The notes beneath the pieces were generated by a model. The model was not told the DNA's origin, ran no database searches, and was given only the letters and a program-made list of their open reading frames with translations. The position numbers and the translations under genes are program-made. A stretch of DNA of 63,300 nt, counting the filler, from Reclinomonas americana ATCC 50394 (lineage: Eukaryota), in the NCBI GenBank assembly GCA_048213135.1. It is 17 parts of 17 records of this genome, joined end to end, with 100 filler letters (N's around TTAATTAATTAA, not from the genome) between each part and the next. Parts side by side here need not be neighbours in the genome. Positions count along the whole stretch, not along the records: positions 1 to 2,891 come from AFZH01022144.1; positions 2,992 to 4,633 come from AFZH01022146.1; positions 4,734 to 9,957 come from AFZH01022148.1; positions 10,058 to 16,197 come from AFZH01022149.1; 13 more parts are not named here. One strand, 5' to 3'. Shown piece by piece: positions 1 through 13,557 of the stretch. Within the stretch, counting starts at the first letter, position 1. The number at the start of each line of letters is the position of its first letter.

Positions 1-87
1 CGTCGTCGTCGTACCGTACGTCGTACGTACCGTCTCCGTCTCTACCTCGTACTCGTACTACGTACGTCTCGTCTCTCTCTCTACTCT

Positions 88-220
<133 letters not shown>

Positions 221-253
221 TTGTCTCATTGCTCACCTGCTTGTGTGCCACAG

Positions 254-1998
254 ACAACACTGCTGAACTTCCTGCTGACCAATCGCGAAGGCCTCAAGAT
301 CGCTCTCATTGTCAACGACATGAGCGAAGGTCAGTGAGATGCAGAGATGCGCACAGATGCAGACTCCGAGTCGTGATTTGCAGCGACTGATGCACCGGTG
401 ATTTTTCCTTGTTTGATGCAGTCAACATTGATGCGCACCTGGTGGGGCGAGGTGATGCAGCGCTGAGTCGAGTGGAGGAGAAGATGGTGGAGTTGTCGAA
501 TGGGTGCATTTGCTGCACGTTGAGGGAGGTGAGGTGATGAGGGGAGAAGGGAGGGGGAAGGAGAAGGGGAGAGAGAGACTGATGAATGAGGAAAGGAGAA
601 GGAGAGAAAAAGGGAGAAGGAGTGATCAATGGAAGCTCTCTCTCTCTCTCCGTACTTGATCGGAGAAGCGATAGGAGAAAGAAGAACAGAATGGACAAGA
701 AATGGAACAGCTCTGTGACTTCCTTCACACTCTCACTCCTGCTTCTGCGGAAAGAGAGAAGGAAGATGAAAAGAACAGAAAACAAGAATGTGAGAGAGAG
801 AGAGAGAAGAAGAAGAAGAAGAAGGAGAAGAAGGGATGGACGGAGTTTACCTCTACTTCTTGTCTCTCATGCATTGGAGAGACTAGAAACATAACTCTTC
901 TTTCGCTCTCTCGTTTTCGTCTCGTCTTCATTCAGCGAAGACGTATGTACTGCAAGTCCCCCCTTTCTCCATCCTTACCCTTTTCCCTCCCCCTTTCCTT
1001 TTTTCCCTTTCCCTTATTCCCCCTTTCCCTTCCCCTCCTCCAGGACCTGCTTCTGGAGGTCGCGAAACTCGCCGGCGAAAAACGCTTCGACTACCTGGTG
1101 ATCGAGGGCACCGGCGTCGCCGAACCCATGCCCGTCGCCGAGGCCTTCACCTTTGAGATCCCCGGCTACAAGGCGCTGTCGGAGGTGGCACGCCTCGACA
1201 CCATGGTCACGGTGGTGGACGCGCGCAACTTCCCGCGCGACCTTGCCTCGGACGAGTCGCTGCGCGATCGGCACGGCGCCGAGGTGGCCGACGAGGACGA
1301 TCGGAACGTGGTGGACCTGCTGATTGACCAGATCGAGTTCTCCAACGTCATCATCATCAACAAGTGCGACCTGGTGGACGAGGAGGACATTGGTCGGCTG
1401 GAGTCGATTTGCCGCAAGCTCAACCCCGACGCCAAGATCATCCGCTCCTCGTTCTCTCGCGTGCCACCCACCGAGATCCTCAACACGCGCATGTTTGACT
1501 TTTCCAAGGCCGCCACGGCGCCCGGTTGGTTGAAGGAGCTGCGCGGGACGCACGTGCCGGAGACGGTCGAGTATGGTTTGTTTGTGAGGGAGAAGGAGGA
1601 CGATAGGGAAAGGAAAGAACTGAGATTTGTAATCGCAGGCATCAACAGCTTTGTGTACCGTCGGCGGCGGCCCTTCCACCCGCAGCGTATCTGGGATGCC
1701 GTGCAGGAGGGTGACCTGGGCGATAATCTCATTCGCTCCAAGGTATGTGAAGAAAAGTGATCACACACATTGCCCGCCCAGCTCATTCCCTCTATTGCAG
1801 GGCTTCTTCTGGCTGGCCACACGCAATCAGGAGTACGGCGAGTGGGGGCAAGCGGGCGAGGTATTCCGCTTCGAGTATGGTGGCGAGTGGTTTGCGGCGG
1901 TGCCGCAGGAGGAGTGGGTGGTCGACAATCCGGAGGTGATTGCCGATGTGATGCGCGATTTTGATCCGGATCCGGCCATTGGTGATCGGCGGCAGGAG
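254..1998 (+). CDS. COG0523/CobW-family (ZNG1/CBWD-like) zinc-chaperone G3E GTPase, partial, 5 exons visible
   Basis: Exons ~254-329, 422-527, 1044-1575, 1639-1742 and 1801-1998 splice through GT-AG introns. They encode [32 protein letters not shown] (CxCC), [52 protein letters not shown] and GDRRQE. Confidence 0.93.
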
Positions 1999-2074
1999 GT
2001 GCGGAGAAGGGGAAGGGAGGAGAGGGGCGATGAAGGGGAGAGAATGAGGAGAAGGGTGCGTGTGTGTTCTGTGA

Positions 2075-2891
<817 letters not shown>

Positions 2892-2990
2892 NNNNNNNNN
2901 NNNNNNNNNNNNNNNNNNNNNNNNNNNNNNNNNNNTTAATTAATTAANNNNNNNNNNNNNNNNNNNNNNNNNNNNNNNNNNNNNNNNNNN
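2892..2990. other. Artificial assembly gap linker (first of 16: N-run, TTAATTAATTAA, N-run)
   Basis: The same ~100-nt linker, carrying stops in all six frames, recurs at ~4634, 9958, 16198, 18096, 19761, 25599, 34985, 43340, 44642, 48468, 50515, 51965, 55904, 57717 and 61145. Confidence 0.99.
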
Positions 2991-3679
2991 NAGAGAGAGA
3001 GAGAGAGAGAAAGAGAAAGAGAGGAAGCAGAAGGAGGACGAAGTGAAACAATTCAGCAAGCGACGGGTATCGGGGTAGAGCGACAGCGACAGTTGGGGAT
3101 GAGAACAAGAGAGTGAGTTAGAAAGAGAGAGGAAATGGACGACGAAGTGAAACGATTCAGCGAGTGACGGGAATCGGGGTAGAGTGACAGCGACAATTAG
3201 CGTTAGGAGAAAAAGACGTAGTAAGTGAGTAAATTCGTGCGAGAAGTCAGAATGGGAGAGGGAGGAAGATGAAGAAGAGAGGACCAGAATGCGATGTACA
3301 CATCAAGGAGACGACCGAAGACGCAAGTCATAGGATGAGCGAGAGAGAGAGAGAGGAGAAATGAGAAAGAGAGGAAGGAACAGTCAGAATGGGAGAGGGA
3401 GAAAGATGAAGAAGAGAGGACCAGAATGCGATGTACGCATGAAGGAGACGGCCAAAGACGCAAGACCCAGGGAGAGAGAGAGATGGGGTGGACAACGTGA
3501 CGCTCGTGTGCGTGCAAGGGGGCGAAATCAGAGAAAGCGAGTACGCGCGCGAGCGCGAGATGACCAACACAGAACGAAACAAGCCGGCGAAAGAATGTGT
3601 AGGAGAGGGAATGGGATACGAGAAACATGATGCAAAACAATGATTCTATGGAGTCAATCCTCCACAGCAGGACACTCAC

Positions 3680-4525
3680 CATTCTGGCACATGTCGCCCC
3701 ACCAACCAGCATCTGCAACAAGCGAGCACGTTAGACAACACACGAGCTTCACCCCCTTACACTCTTCTCCATGTTACGCACCGCACATGCACGTGCCCAT
3801 GTTACACCGACCGTGGCCGCTGCAACCCGTCATGCAGTTCGCAAAGCAGTAATCGGGCGGAGTGTACTCATCGGCCGGCTGCTGTCCAGGCGAGTAGTTG
3901 CTGAACGAGAGCACTTGCTCCACGGGCCTGACCTCGCCCGTTTCCAGGTCCTTTTCGGTTCCCGAGATGTGCGCCCTGCGAATCGAGATGAGTAGATTAC
4001 CAAGCGAAAGGCTCTGCTATACATTGAAACGCAACTCAATCGGCACCTGGCCACCCGGGTTGCCGGCGAATTTCCAATCCGGCACCGACCAGTAGTATGT
4101 AATGTTGACGAGTTGCCTGCCAAGGGAGAGAAGTGAGGGGTGGGAGATGAGGAAGGGTGTGTGCGTGTCTGAACGCACTGTGTCAGGTGGAAACGGGGCG
4201 GGTTCCGGCGGGTACGGTTGAATGTGCCCATCCACACATCGCACAGGATGCCGCGAGCTGTGTGCGTGCAGGTGAGGAGAGACGGTGTCAGGGAGCGGGA
4301 AAGACGCTAAATGGGTAATACCTTCACCGGTGCCCATGTACGTCTCAACCTCGTCGCCGCCAAAGCCAAACAACTCGCCAGCTGCGTCAGTTGTGAGCGA
4401 AGATTGGAGGGGAAGAGTGAGTGGGAAGAGAGACGCAACGAGTGACGGGCTTGCCGTCGTTGCTGAAGGGGTTGAAGCCGTTGGGGTCGAGGGCGGTTCT
4501 GTTGCAGGAGGGAATGAAGGGGTCC
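3680..4525 (-). CDS. Secreted or surface protein with a LolA/ependymin-like region followed by an EGF-like domain, partial
   Basis: Spliced product: ..CNRTALDPNGFNPFSNDGKPVTPGELFGFG..ARGILCDVWMG..NITYYWSVPDW..VPIEAHISG..FSNYSPG..YTPPDYC, then CMTGCSGHGRCNMGTCMCDAGWWGDMC (EGF spacing). The fold assignment of the first region is inference. Confidence 0.6.
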
Positions 4526-4733
4526 CTGTGGAGGGGGGAGGGTGGAGGGGAGGAGGGAGGGGGAAGGGGAAGGGGAAGGTAGGAGGGGAGGGAGGGGAAG
4601 GGGAGGAGGGAGGAGGAGGGAGGAGGGAGGAGGNNNNNNNNNNNNNNNNNNNNNNNNNNNNNNNNNNNNNNNNNNNNTTAATTAATTAANNNNNNNNNNN
4701 NNNNNNNNNNNNNNNNNNNNNNNNNNNNNNNNN

Positions 4734-4812
<79 letters not shown>

Positions 4813-4945
4813 CCCCATTTCCCCATCTCCTTCAAGTGCTCCTCTCATTTTTGCCTGCTGCGACTGCATCCCTCCCTGCCCCCCCCCCCCCCCTTCTCTC
4901 TTCTGCCCTCTCTTTTCCCTCCTCCTTCCCCTCCCGGCACGCAAC

Positions 4946-7900
4946 ACTTGAGCGTCGTGCGGCGACCAATATCCGCCACATTCCACACAATAATGCTCAA
5001 ATCGAGCGAACCCGTGGCAAAGTGCTCCGAATCCTCAGCCCACGCCGCGCACTCCACACGCGAGGCGTGGAATCGCTGCACGTCGGTGATGGACTGCATG
5101 CACGAAGGGGGAGGTGAGCGGCAGTGAGGAAACTAAAACCGGCAGCGCCGCTCACACGCACCGTGAACGTGTTCACGTCAAACACCTCCATCTCGCGCGA
5201 GCTCTTGCCAATCACCAGCTTGTTGCCGTCGGGCGAGAAGCTGAGGGCGGAGACGGCGCTGCCTGCCGATGTGATGCTGCGCGAAGAAAGGGGAAGGGAA
5301 GGAGGTTGAGCGAGAGAAGCTGACTCCTTGTATTCCCCTCCCGCACGCAACGTCCGCAGATCAGCCACAGCGCTGCCAGTCAGCGTGTACACGTACGTCT
5401 TGCCATCCTGCTCAGATCATCAGCAATGGAGACAAACACACGCCCTCTTCCAAAATAGAGACGCAACAGTGCCTCCCACGGCCACCATCTCGGCGTTCGG
5501 GTGCAGCGCCGACGTGGTGACATCGTAGTTCACGTCCTTCTTGTACACCACCTCGTCCTGCAACGTCGTACAAAGCTAGTGAGTCACCAGAGGCAAAGCG
5601 CTTCCTCAGCAAACGAGCACGCAACATTGCGCACAACGGCGACACCCTTGGTGGTCACCACCACCACGGTCGTCGGGTCCTGGCGAGAAATGTGAATGCC
5701 CTTCGGCACACCGCCGACCTTGAACGTCGCGCTGCGCACACACAAAAGAGTGAGCCTCACCGCTGGTGAGCATGCCGTATTGTACTCAACGCAACTCCTC
5801 AACGCGCGAGCCCTCCGACGTCCGCACAATACTCTCGTCACCGTACCCGGCATACGCCACACCGCCAAACGCATCCACGGCCGACACACCGGCCTCCTTT
5901 GGCTTCGACTGGTGCACACGGCGGGCGAATGGCGCACCCGGCTCCCACGAATGTACAAAAGGTAGTCAAGGACGCAACAAGAAAAAATGGAAGAAGAGGC
6001 AAAGCATTTAGATGGCAAAGGATATTGAACGACCCATGGGTGTCGCCCGACCACAGCATGTGGCTGGTGGGGTCCACCGCCATGCGCGACACTGGTGCGT
6101 TGTGGCCTTGCACGATGCGGATTGGCTGTGGTTTGGCATGTAAGCAAGCAGGAGCACTGACAGCTTGTGGACAACACAAACGCAACCTCGTCGGGCGCAT
6201 TGACATTGAGGTAGATGAGATCGCCGGCCAGCGACATGGTGATCAGGTAGTTGGACGGCGTCCACAAGCAGCCGACCTGCTGGTCCATGTAGCCGGAGTT
6301 GGTGGCCACGTTGAAGGTGCTGTTGAGGGGGGAAGGGGGGAAGGGAAAGGAGAGAGTGAGTGAGTGAGGGAATGAGGACAGGAAGAAGGGAAAGGGAAGA
6401 GAGGGACAGGGAAGGGAAGGGTGGGAAAAGGAGGGAAGAATGGAAAACAGAAAAGGGAGAAAGGAGAGAGTAAGGATGAGGGACGGTGGGAGGGAGGGAG
6501 TGCGTGAGTGAACGGGTGAAACGGAGAGGGTGCGGTTCTGTCTGACAAGTAGAGAATGAGAGAAGTGGCGTGGTGAGCGAGAATGACGGTGAGTGAGCGC
6601 AAGAAAGCAATGGAGTGCATGGAAGAGAGGAATGTGAAAATGACAGAGAGAGAAAAAAAGAGAGAGAGGAGAGAGAATGGGGAACAAAAAGAGGAAGGGA
6701 GTCCGAAAGTGAATGGAGAGTGCATGTTTGTGTCCGACAAGGAGAGACAAAGACGATGATTTGGTGTGGTGAGCGAGAAGGAGAGTGAGCACAACAGAGC
6801 ACGAGAATGCAACTGGAGAGTGAGTTAGAGAGATAAAGTAAGAAAGGGGGGGGACAGGTGCGAGCAAGAGAGTGAGTGGATGAAGAATGACTGAGCACGA
6901 GCAGTTGATGAGAACAGAGGATGATGCAGAGGAACACGCACTCTTTTCACCCACTCTTTCCTCTCCTCACATTCCTCTTCTTTCTATATCTCCATCTTTC
7001 TTCTCCTTCCTCCGAAATACAATTGCTCTCACTCACACTCACTCACATACACACTCACTAGGTGTCCACTAACTCTCTCTCTCTAGCTCTCTCTCTCTCT
7101 CTCTCAATTTATACAAGTGAGTGAGAAAATACATGAATGAGGGAGCGAGAAGAGAGCAAGAGGATGATGCGGAGGCACGCATGCACCTTTCTCGCCCTCC
7201 TCTCTATCCTTCTCCTCCTCGTTCTTTCATTCGTTCTCACTCTCGCTCTTCCTTCTCCTCTCTCAGAAACACAATTACTCTCGCTCACTCCCTCGTTCAC
7301 TCACATACACACCAAATCACACACATCCAAGAGCAACTGTCTGAGTGAGAAAGTGCATGAATGAGAGCGAGAAGGGAGGACGAATGAATGAGTGAGAGCA
7401 TTGAATGAGCAAGAGTGGATGATGCAGCGGCACATATGCACTCTCTCTCACTCACTCACACACACACACTACCCTCCCCTTCTATTCCTCGTTCGTTCTC
7501 TCACAAGTTCTTCTCTTTCCTTCGAACCACACTTATTACCACTCTCATTCTCACTCTCTCTTTGTCCTGCTGAATAGGAGTGTCAGAAGAAAGGCTGAAT
7601 TATGAGTGCAAGCAGTGCACGAGCAAGATAGGATGACGCTCCCCCTCCCCCTCCCCTCCCCCTCCCCTTCCCCTTCAACCCTTTCCCTTCTATTCCCCTT
7701 CCCCTATCGCGCAACGTCTTCACACTGGCCGACGCCACATCCCACACACGCGCGGTCTTGTCCGCCGACGTAGTCAGCAGCTCCCGGCTGTCGGGGCTCC
7801 AGCTCAAACCGAACACGGAGCCCTCGTGACCCGCCAGCTCCGCCTTCTTCTCCGCCGTCAGACCGTCGTAGATGAACACTGTGTGAGGCGAGGTGAGCAA

Positions 7901-9690
7901 TTTAAGTCATTAAAGAGTCAGCGTGGTTCTCGCAAACCCTTGCGGTCTGAGCCGGCCGTGGCAAACATGGAGCCGTCGGGCGAGAAGCGCGCACAGTTGA
8001 TCATGTTGCTGTGGTCGCGCAGGGCGGTCTTTTGCTTGAAGGGCGGGCCTGCACCAATGTTTCAGTATCGGTGCCTGACAACGGATTCACAGAACTCGCG
8101 CATACCCTCATAGAACACGCAGTTGCGCGACTCGCCGGCCGAGATGGCCTTGAACGGGCGCGCCGGGCGGAAATCGCACGACAGGATCGTGCCCGTGTGG
8201 CCCGAGGTGATCTGATCACACGATGGATGTGAGATCTAGCAATTCAAGTCCTTTGCCTATTTCTTCCTCACCTCGCCAACCGTGCTGTGCGTGGACGTGT
8301 TGATCACCGCGCCCTTGACGTCCTTGCCCTGGCCGACGGCGCCCAGGCGATCGCCGTCAAAGGTGAAGCGCACGTCGTGCACCGGGGAGGAGGTTGGTCG
8401 GAATTCGTGCTGCGTGGTCTTGTCCTGGTTGAGGGACCAGATGCGGACGAGACCCGAGGCGTCTGGGAGGGGGAATGGGAGAAGGAAGGAGGGGAGAAGG
8501 AGGGGAAGGGGGTGGAGAAGGGGGAAGGGGTGAGGGGGAAAGGGGAGGGGAAGGGGGTGAGGGAGGTGGAAGGGAGGGGAAGATGGAGAGGAAGGGCTGG
8601 GGAAATGGAAGGAAGGAAGAGAGTGAGAGAGAGAGAGAGGGAGAGTGTGCAAAAGAGTGAGAAAATGAATGCGGTCTTCAGTACAAGAGGAAGAATTGGA
8701 AAGCAAGTGAGAGAGCGAAAACACCAGGAGTGAGAGAGCGAGAGTATGCAATAGAGTGAGAAAATGAATGCGGTCTTGAGTGAAAAGGGAGACCAGGAAA
8801 GCAAGTGAGAGAGTGAAAGTACCAGGAGCGAGAGAGGGAGAGTACGCAAAAGAGTGAGAAATGATTGCGGTCTTGAGTGTAAAGGGAGAACAGGAAAGCA
8901 AGTGAGAGAGTGAGAGTACCAGGAGTGAGAGGGCGAGAGTGTGCAAAAGAGTGAGAAAATGAATGCGGTCTTGAGTGTAAATGGAGAACAGGAAAGCAAG
9001 TGAGAGAGTGAAAGTTCCAGGAGCGAGAGAGAGAGAGAGAGAGTACGACAAAACAGTGAAGAAAATGACTGCGGTCTTCAGTACGAGGGGAAGAATCGGA
9101 AAGCAAGTGAGGGAGCGAAAGCACCAGGAGCGAGAGAGGGAGAGTGTGCAATAGAGTGAGAAAATGAACGCGGTCTTCAGTACGAGAGGAAGCATCGGAA
9201 AGCAAGTGAGGGAGCGAAAGCACAAGGAGGGAAAGAGCGCGGGGGAGCACAAAGAGAAGCGCAGGATTTGAAATGACAGGAGAATATCAAACGGCTCAGT
9301 GAGCGATCTGACAAAGGAGAAGAACATGCACATGTGGAAGACAAGCGTCCACTGAATCTAATCAGAGGTGCACGCGAAACTGACACACGCGCGTATCAAT
9401 ACAATAAGAGGTGGAGCACTGCGCTGCTTGCAAGCAAAACAAAGAAGAAAGGAATGGAGTAGTTTGAACGAGTAGAGTAAGGAATGCAACAATGGAAAGG
9501 TGGCAGACCGTGACCGTGACGGCTGCTCGGGAGATATTCGCTCACTCAGATACTTGTGCAACGACAGAGACGCATACACACCACCCGAGGCCAGCTGTTT
9601 GCGCACGGCGACCGGCGAGAACGTCACAGCAGTGGTCTGAGCGCCGTGATCGCGGTAGTAGTCGGCATCCAGCGGATTCTCGACGTTGCT
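4946..9690 (-). CDS. WDR1: Actin-interacting protein 1 / WDR1 (WD40 repeats), multi-exon, both ends incomplete
   Basis: [112 protein letters not shown] and [12 protein letters not shown] match AIP1 along its length. Confidence 0.92.
5953..6025 (-). other. U12-type (minor spliceosome) AT-AC intron in WDR1, 73 nt
   Basis: The 5' end is ATATCCTTTG, the branch site is TCCTTGAC (5972-5965) and the 3' end is GTAC. Removal restores the frame [14 protein letters not shown], which aligns to AIP1 SGSxDGxINxW. Confidence 0.9.
8640..9225. repeat. Intronic minisatellite, ~98-bp unit, ~6 copies
   Basis: The core agagtgagaaaatgaatgcggtctt...ggaaagcaagtgagagag..accaggag recurs at ~8654, 8753, 8851, 8948, 9055 and 9153. 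Confidence 0.85.
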
Positions 9691-9880
9691 GCGCACAAGT
9701 GAATGAGCAACCATGTCCTCTGAAAAGGCCTGCATCACAACTGCCCTCTCAAACTGCGCCACTGAGAGCATTGTTTCTCATGCAATAACAATTCAAGTCA
9801 CAGTTGAACTCATGTTTTTCATGTCATCACTCGGAATATCACGCTCTTCACCCTACAAGAAGCTGCACTCGCTCTCCCAT

Positions 9881-9957
<77 letters not shown>

Positions 9958-10057
9958 NNNNNNNNNNNNNNNNNNNNNNNNNNNNNNNNNNNNNNNNNNN
10001 NTTAATTAATTAANNNNNNNNNNNNNNNNNNNNNNNNNNNNNNNNNNNNNNNNNNNN

Positions 10058-10287
10058 GCGTGGCTCTTCTCGGATGAGGTGTATCGGTTGTTGGAGCTGG
10101 AGGAGGGCGATCGGTTGCCGCCGGCGTGTGATGTGTATGAGAAGGCGGTGTCGCTGGGAGGTGCGTGGAGGGGGGAAGGGAGGGAGGGGGCGAAGGAGGG
10201 AAGGAGGGAGGGAAGGGGGAAAGGGGAAGGGAGAAGGGAGTGGAGAGGGAGGGAGACGGAGAGGGATGGAGGGAGAAGTATCCTCGC

Positions 10288-10322
<35 letters not shown>

Positions 10323-12244
10323 ACTGTCTCTCCTCTCAATTGCATCCGCCCTCTGTAAGAAGCAAACTGTTCCTCAGCTTGATGTTGTCTCTCTCTCTCT
10401 CTCTGTTCTTTCTGTCTCGCCTGTGGCTGGTCATGGAGAAGTGCCCTCGCAGCTCTCTCTGCTCGCATGGAACAATCTTCTCTAGTGCTCGATCTTGCAC
10501 TATCACTTCTTGCTCTCCCAGTTGCTGCTGGAGAAATGACCTTGCCGCTTTCTCTCTCTCTCTTTCTGTTCCTCTCCTGTTCTCGATTGCATCCACCCAC
10601 TGCAAGAAGCAATCTGTTTCTCCGCCTGATCTTGTACTCTCTCTTCTTGCTCCCAACTGCGGCTGGAAAAATGACCTTGCTGCACTCGCATTATGCTGAT
10701 AACTTGTGGCCCTTTCGTCTTCCATTCTCATTTCTCGTCGATCTTGCAGCCTCTTTTCTTGCTTTCTCAGTTGATTTGGAAAGGTGACCCTTCAGCATTC
10801 TCTCTCTCTCTCTGTGCCCACTGTAAGAAGCAATCTGCTCCTCTGCTCTCACTTTCTCTCTTCTTGCTCTCATACCTGCGGCTGGTCATGGAGAAGTAAT
10901 CTTGCAGCTTTCTCTGCTTGCGATTGCGCCCAGCCAATGCAGAAGCAATCGGTTCCTCTGCTCGATCTTGTTCTCTCTCTTCTTGGTTTCTCGCATTACG
11001 TGCACCCACTGCTGGAAGCAATCGCTAGTGGTTCATTCGTCTTCCGTTCTCTTTACTCGTCAGTCCTCTTTTCTTACTTTCTCGGTTGAGTTGAGGAAGT
11101 GATCTCGCTGCTTCTCTCTTCTTAAGCTTGCATCCAGCCAGTGCAGGAAGCTGTCGCCTCTGGCACCTAGCTGCTTCTCTCTCTCTTTGCCTTGCGCTCT
11201 CGCCTATATCGGCTAGCAATCGCCTCTCGCATTCGGTCGTGGTTGCCTGGTTTCCTCTCTTTGAGAACGAGTCGCTTCTAGCACTCGGCGTCTACCTCTC
11301 TCATTTCTCGAGCGTGTTCTGGAACGTATCCCTCTGGCGACACGCTTTTTCTTTCGTTGCATTTGCGGCTTTTGCTGTCCAGCTTCCTCTCAACCTTGCA
11401 ACCACTGCCAAAAGCCGTCAACTTCTCTGCTCTTGTCATTTCGTGTCGGCCCTCCTCCTCCTTATATTCTTGTCATCCTTTGGCGACAATGAGCTTTCAT
11501 TCTGCTTGTGCACCCAACCACTCTGCGCTTCTGTTTCGTAGCTTAATCCCACCCTTCTCCCTCCTCTCCCTCTCCTTCTCCCTCCCTCTTCTCCCTTTCC
11601 TCCCAGTGATGAGCAAATCCTTCGGGCTGGCCGGCCTTCGCGTCGGCTGGCTCGCCACGCACGACACCGAAGTGCTGCAGCGCGTACGCGAGTACAAGGA
11701 CTACCTGTCGATCTGCGCCTCACCGCCGTGCGAGTTTCTGGCACAGCATGCGCTTTGCTGCCGTCAGCAGGTTCGTCTGATCACATGAGTGGCTGCTGGA
11801 AAAGTGCAATCATCTTCTTCTTCTTCTTCTGTTCTCTCTCTCTCTCCTTCATTCCCTCCCTCTCACCCTTCCCTCTCTCCCTTCTCCTTTCCCACCCAGC
11901 TGGTGGACGACGGCACCCGCGCCATTTGCCGCCGCAACGCCGACCTCCTCGACACCTTCTTCCAACACAACGCCCGCCTGTTCGAGTGGCATCGACCGCC
12001 GGCGGGACCTGTCGCCTTTCCGCGACTGCGGGAGGAGGTGGTGGGGTGCACGATTGACGAATTCTGTCACCGGCTGGCCGCGGAGGCTGGTGTGCTGCTG
12101 CTGCCGGGCTCGTGTTACGACAAGGAGGGTGGTTACTTTCGTGTCGGTTTCGGGCGACGCAACATGGCAGAGGCCCTCGAGGCACTGCAGGCGTTTCTCG
12201 ACAAGAACTTCGCGGTCGCGAAGGAGGAGCAAGTAAAGAAGTAG
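10058..12244 (+). CDS. PLP-dependent aminotransferase class I/II (capreomycidine-synthase/aspartate-aminotransferase-like), 5' partial
   Basis: Exons 10058-10160, 11607-11770 and 11900-12244 encode WLFSDEVYR, SLGVMSKSFGLAGLRVGW (PLP lysine), KDYLSIC, GVLLLPG and FRVGFGR. Confidence 0.92.
10350..11110. repeat. Degenerate intronic repeat (aagaagcaatctg..ctcgatcttg..cctgcggctgg..gagaagt), ~4 copies
   Basis: Similar blocks start near 10357, 10603, 10826 and 10940. Confidence 0.6.
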
Positions 12245-12814
12245 ATGAAGAACTAGATACACGTATGCATTCTTGTCAGCAGTGTGTCATAATTGTCATT
12301 ATTGTGCAAGTGCGTGCGGGTGCGCGTATACCTTATCCTGTACCACCCACCTCCCTGGATACGCGAAACGTGATGACCACGATGGCGGTTGCCGCGGCTG
12401 AAGGCTCCTACTGCTTCTCACATCCTGGCCTACATATGGAGTGGCGGGGCCTGCCTTACAGCTGTGCCTGTCCAAATGCATGTACCACACATTTCAGTGT
12501 GTGACCTCAACCTCTGTCTCCGTCCACGCTGGCAGCGCTCTCTTAGTGGATCTGCGACACATGATGGCTCTCCTTCGATGCGCCCCGCAGGCCGGCGCTT
12601 TAGCATGAACGCAGTCAACGTCGACACCACTGGCAGCACGACGTTGAGCCAATCAACAAACAGACACCGCCGCAGAGCGCTCTCTGCTTGCCTCCCCTAT
12701 CCATTATGGTCCTCCTCCATGTCTCGGTGGCCAGATGTGCCGTGCGCCCACCCCATATGCATACTGCATGACTCATTCCTCTGATCGGGTACGTATACGA
12801 AACTAAATATACAC

Positions 12815-13498
12815 ATGCACAATCATTTTTCGAAGTCTTTTTCCACCGTCGAGAGAATGGTGCTTGGTGTCCACATTCCGAAAACTGAGGCAATGCGCTT
12901 CCGTCGTGCGATGCGCCTCCTGACTACCGCTTGGGCGTGGGTGAGAGCGCCAACGGTACAAAAGCACGCCACGGCTGCTCTTTTGGATGTCATGGCGACT
13001 CAGTTCCCTCACGGCCGTGACGGCGGGGGGTCGCAGTTGCCCCATGGCATCAGTGGAAAGGCACTCGGTACATTTTCACGTCTATTCAATCGGCCAACTC
13101 TCTCCACCGAGCGCACAGCGGTCACCGTGGCTGTGGGCGACTACCTCTCTGGAGCCACCCGTGTCTTCATGGACGAGTGGCATGCCCCTTCCAGTGGTGA
13201 CATCGCCGTCCGCATTCCCAAGCTGTCCCGAGTATTCAACTTGGAGAAGTCCATCCGGGCGGCTCTGCACGATTCGGGCGTCGTCTCGGGCGACTTTCCG
13301 GAGGATTTGCATGTGGGAGATAAGCGGGTGCTTGTGGTGGTGGAGGACGAGTGGGTCAGATCTCACCGAGCCATCATTGACTTTCAAGATCGCGTCCGGA
13401 GCGACCGCGTCAAGTTGGTGCTCTTAGCGTCCAAGCGCGAGGGGATCCCTTCTGTTCCTGGTTGGAAGGTGGTTGACCTCAATGAAGATGATGAGTAG
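12815..13498 (+). CDS. Hypothetical protein with degenerate P-loop NTPase-like motifs
   Basis: 227-aa uninterrupted ORF. VTVAVGDYLSGAT is Walker A-like with K>A, KRVLVVVEDE is Walker B-like and KLVLLASK could be a sensor strand. A possible upstream exon would splice via GTACGT...AAG near 12789. Confidence 0.5.
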   Translation: MHNHFSKSFSTVERMVLGVHIPKTEAMRFRRAMRLLTTAWAWVRAPTVQKHATAALLDVMATQFPHGRDGGGSQLPHGISGKALGTFSRLFNRPTLSTERTAVTVAVGDYLSGATRVFMDEWHAPSSGDIAVRIPKLSRVFNLEKSIRAALHDSGVVSGDFPEDLHVGDKRVLVVVEDEWVRSHRAIIDFQDRVRSDRVKLVLLASKREGIPSVPGWKVVDLNEDDE

Positions 13499-13557
13499 AA
13501 TCAGGCCACACGAGATCCTCCGTTTTAGAGTATCTCCATTCCGCAGCTCAGGTCAGC

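Noticed and set aside
1..70. CGTA/TACG-rich quasi-repeats at contig ends (also ~16088-16197, 34893-34984, 35085-35185, 55885-55903)
   Set aside because: Found only at contig edges after microsatellites. This matches pyrosequencing flow-order noise, not telomeres or CRISPR.
3976..4035. In-frame TAG apparently read through (possible stop-codon reassignment)
   Set aside because: Explained by a 60-nt GTTGCG...CAG intron. Other genes terminate normally at TAG, TAA or TGA.
8640..9225. CRISPR-like array
   Set aside because: Whole units are similar, with no unique spacers. It is intronic, eukaryotic and has no cas genes nearby.
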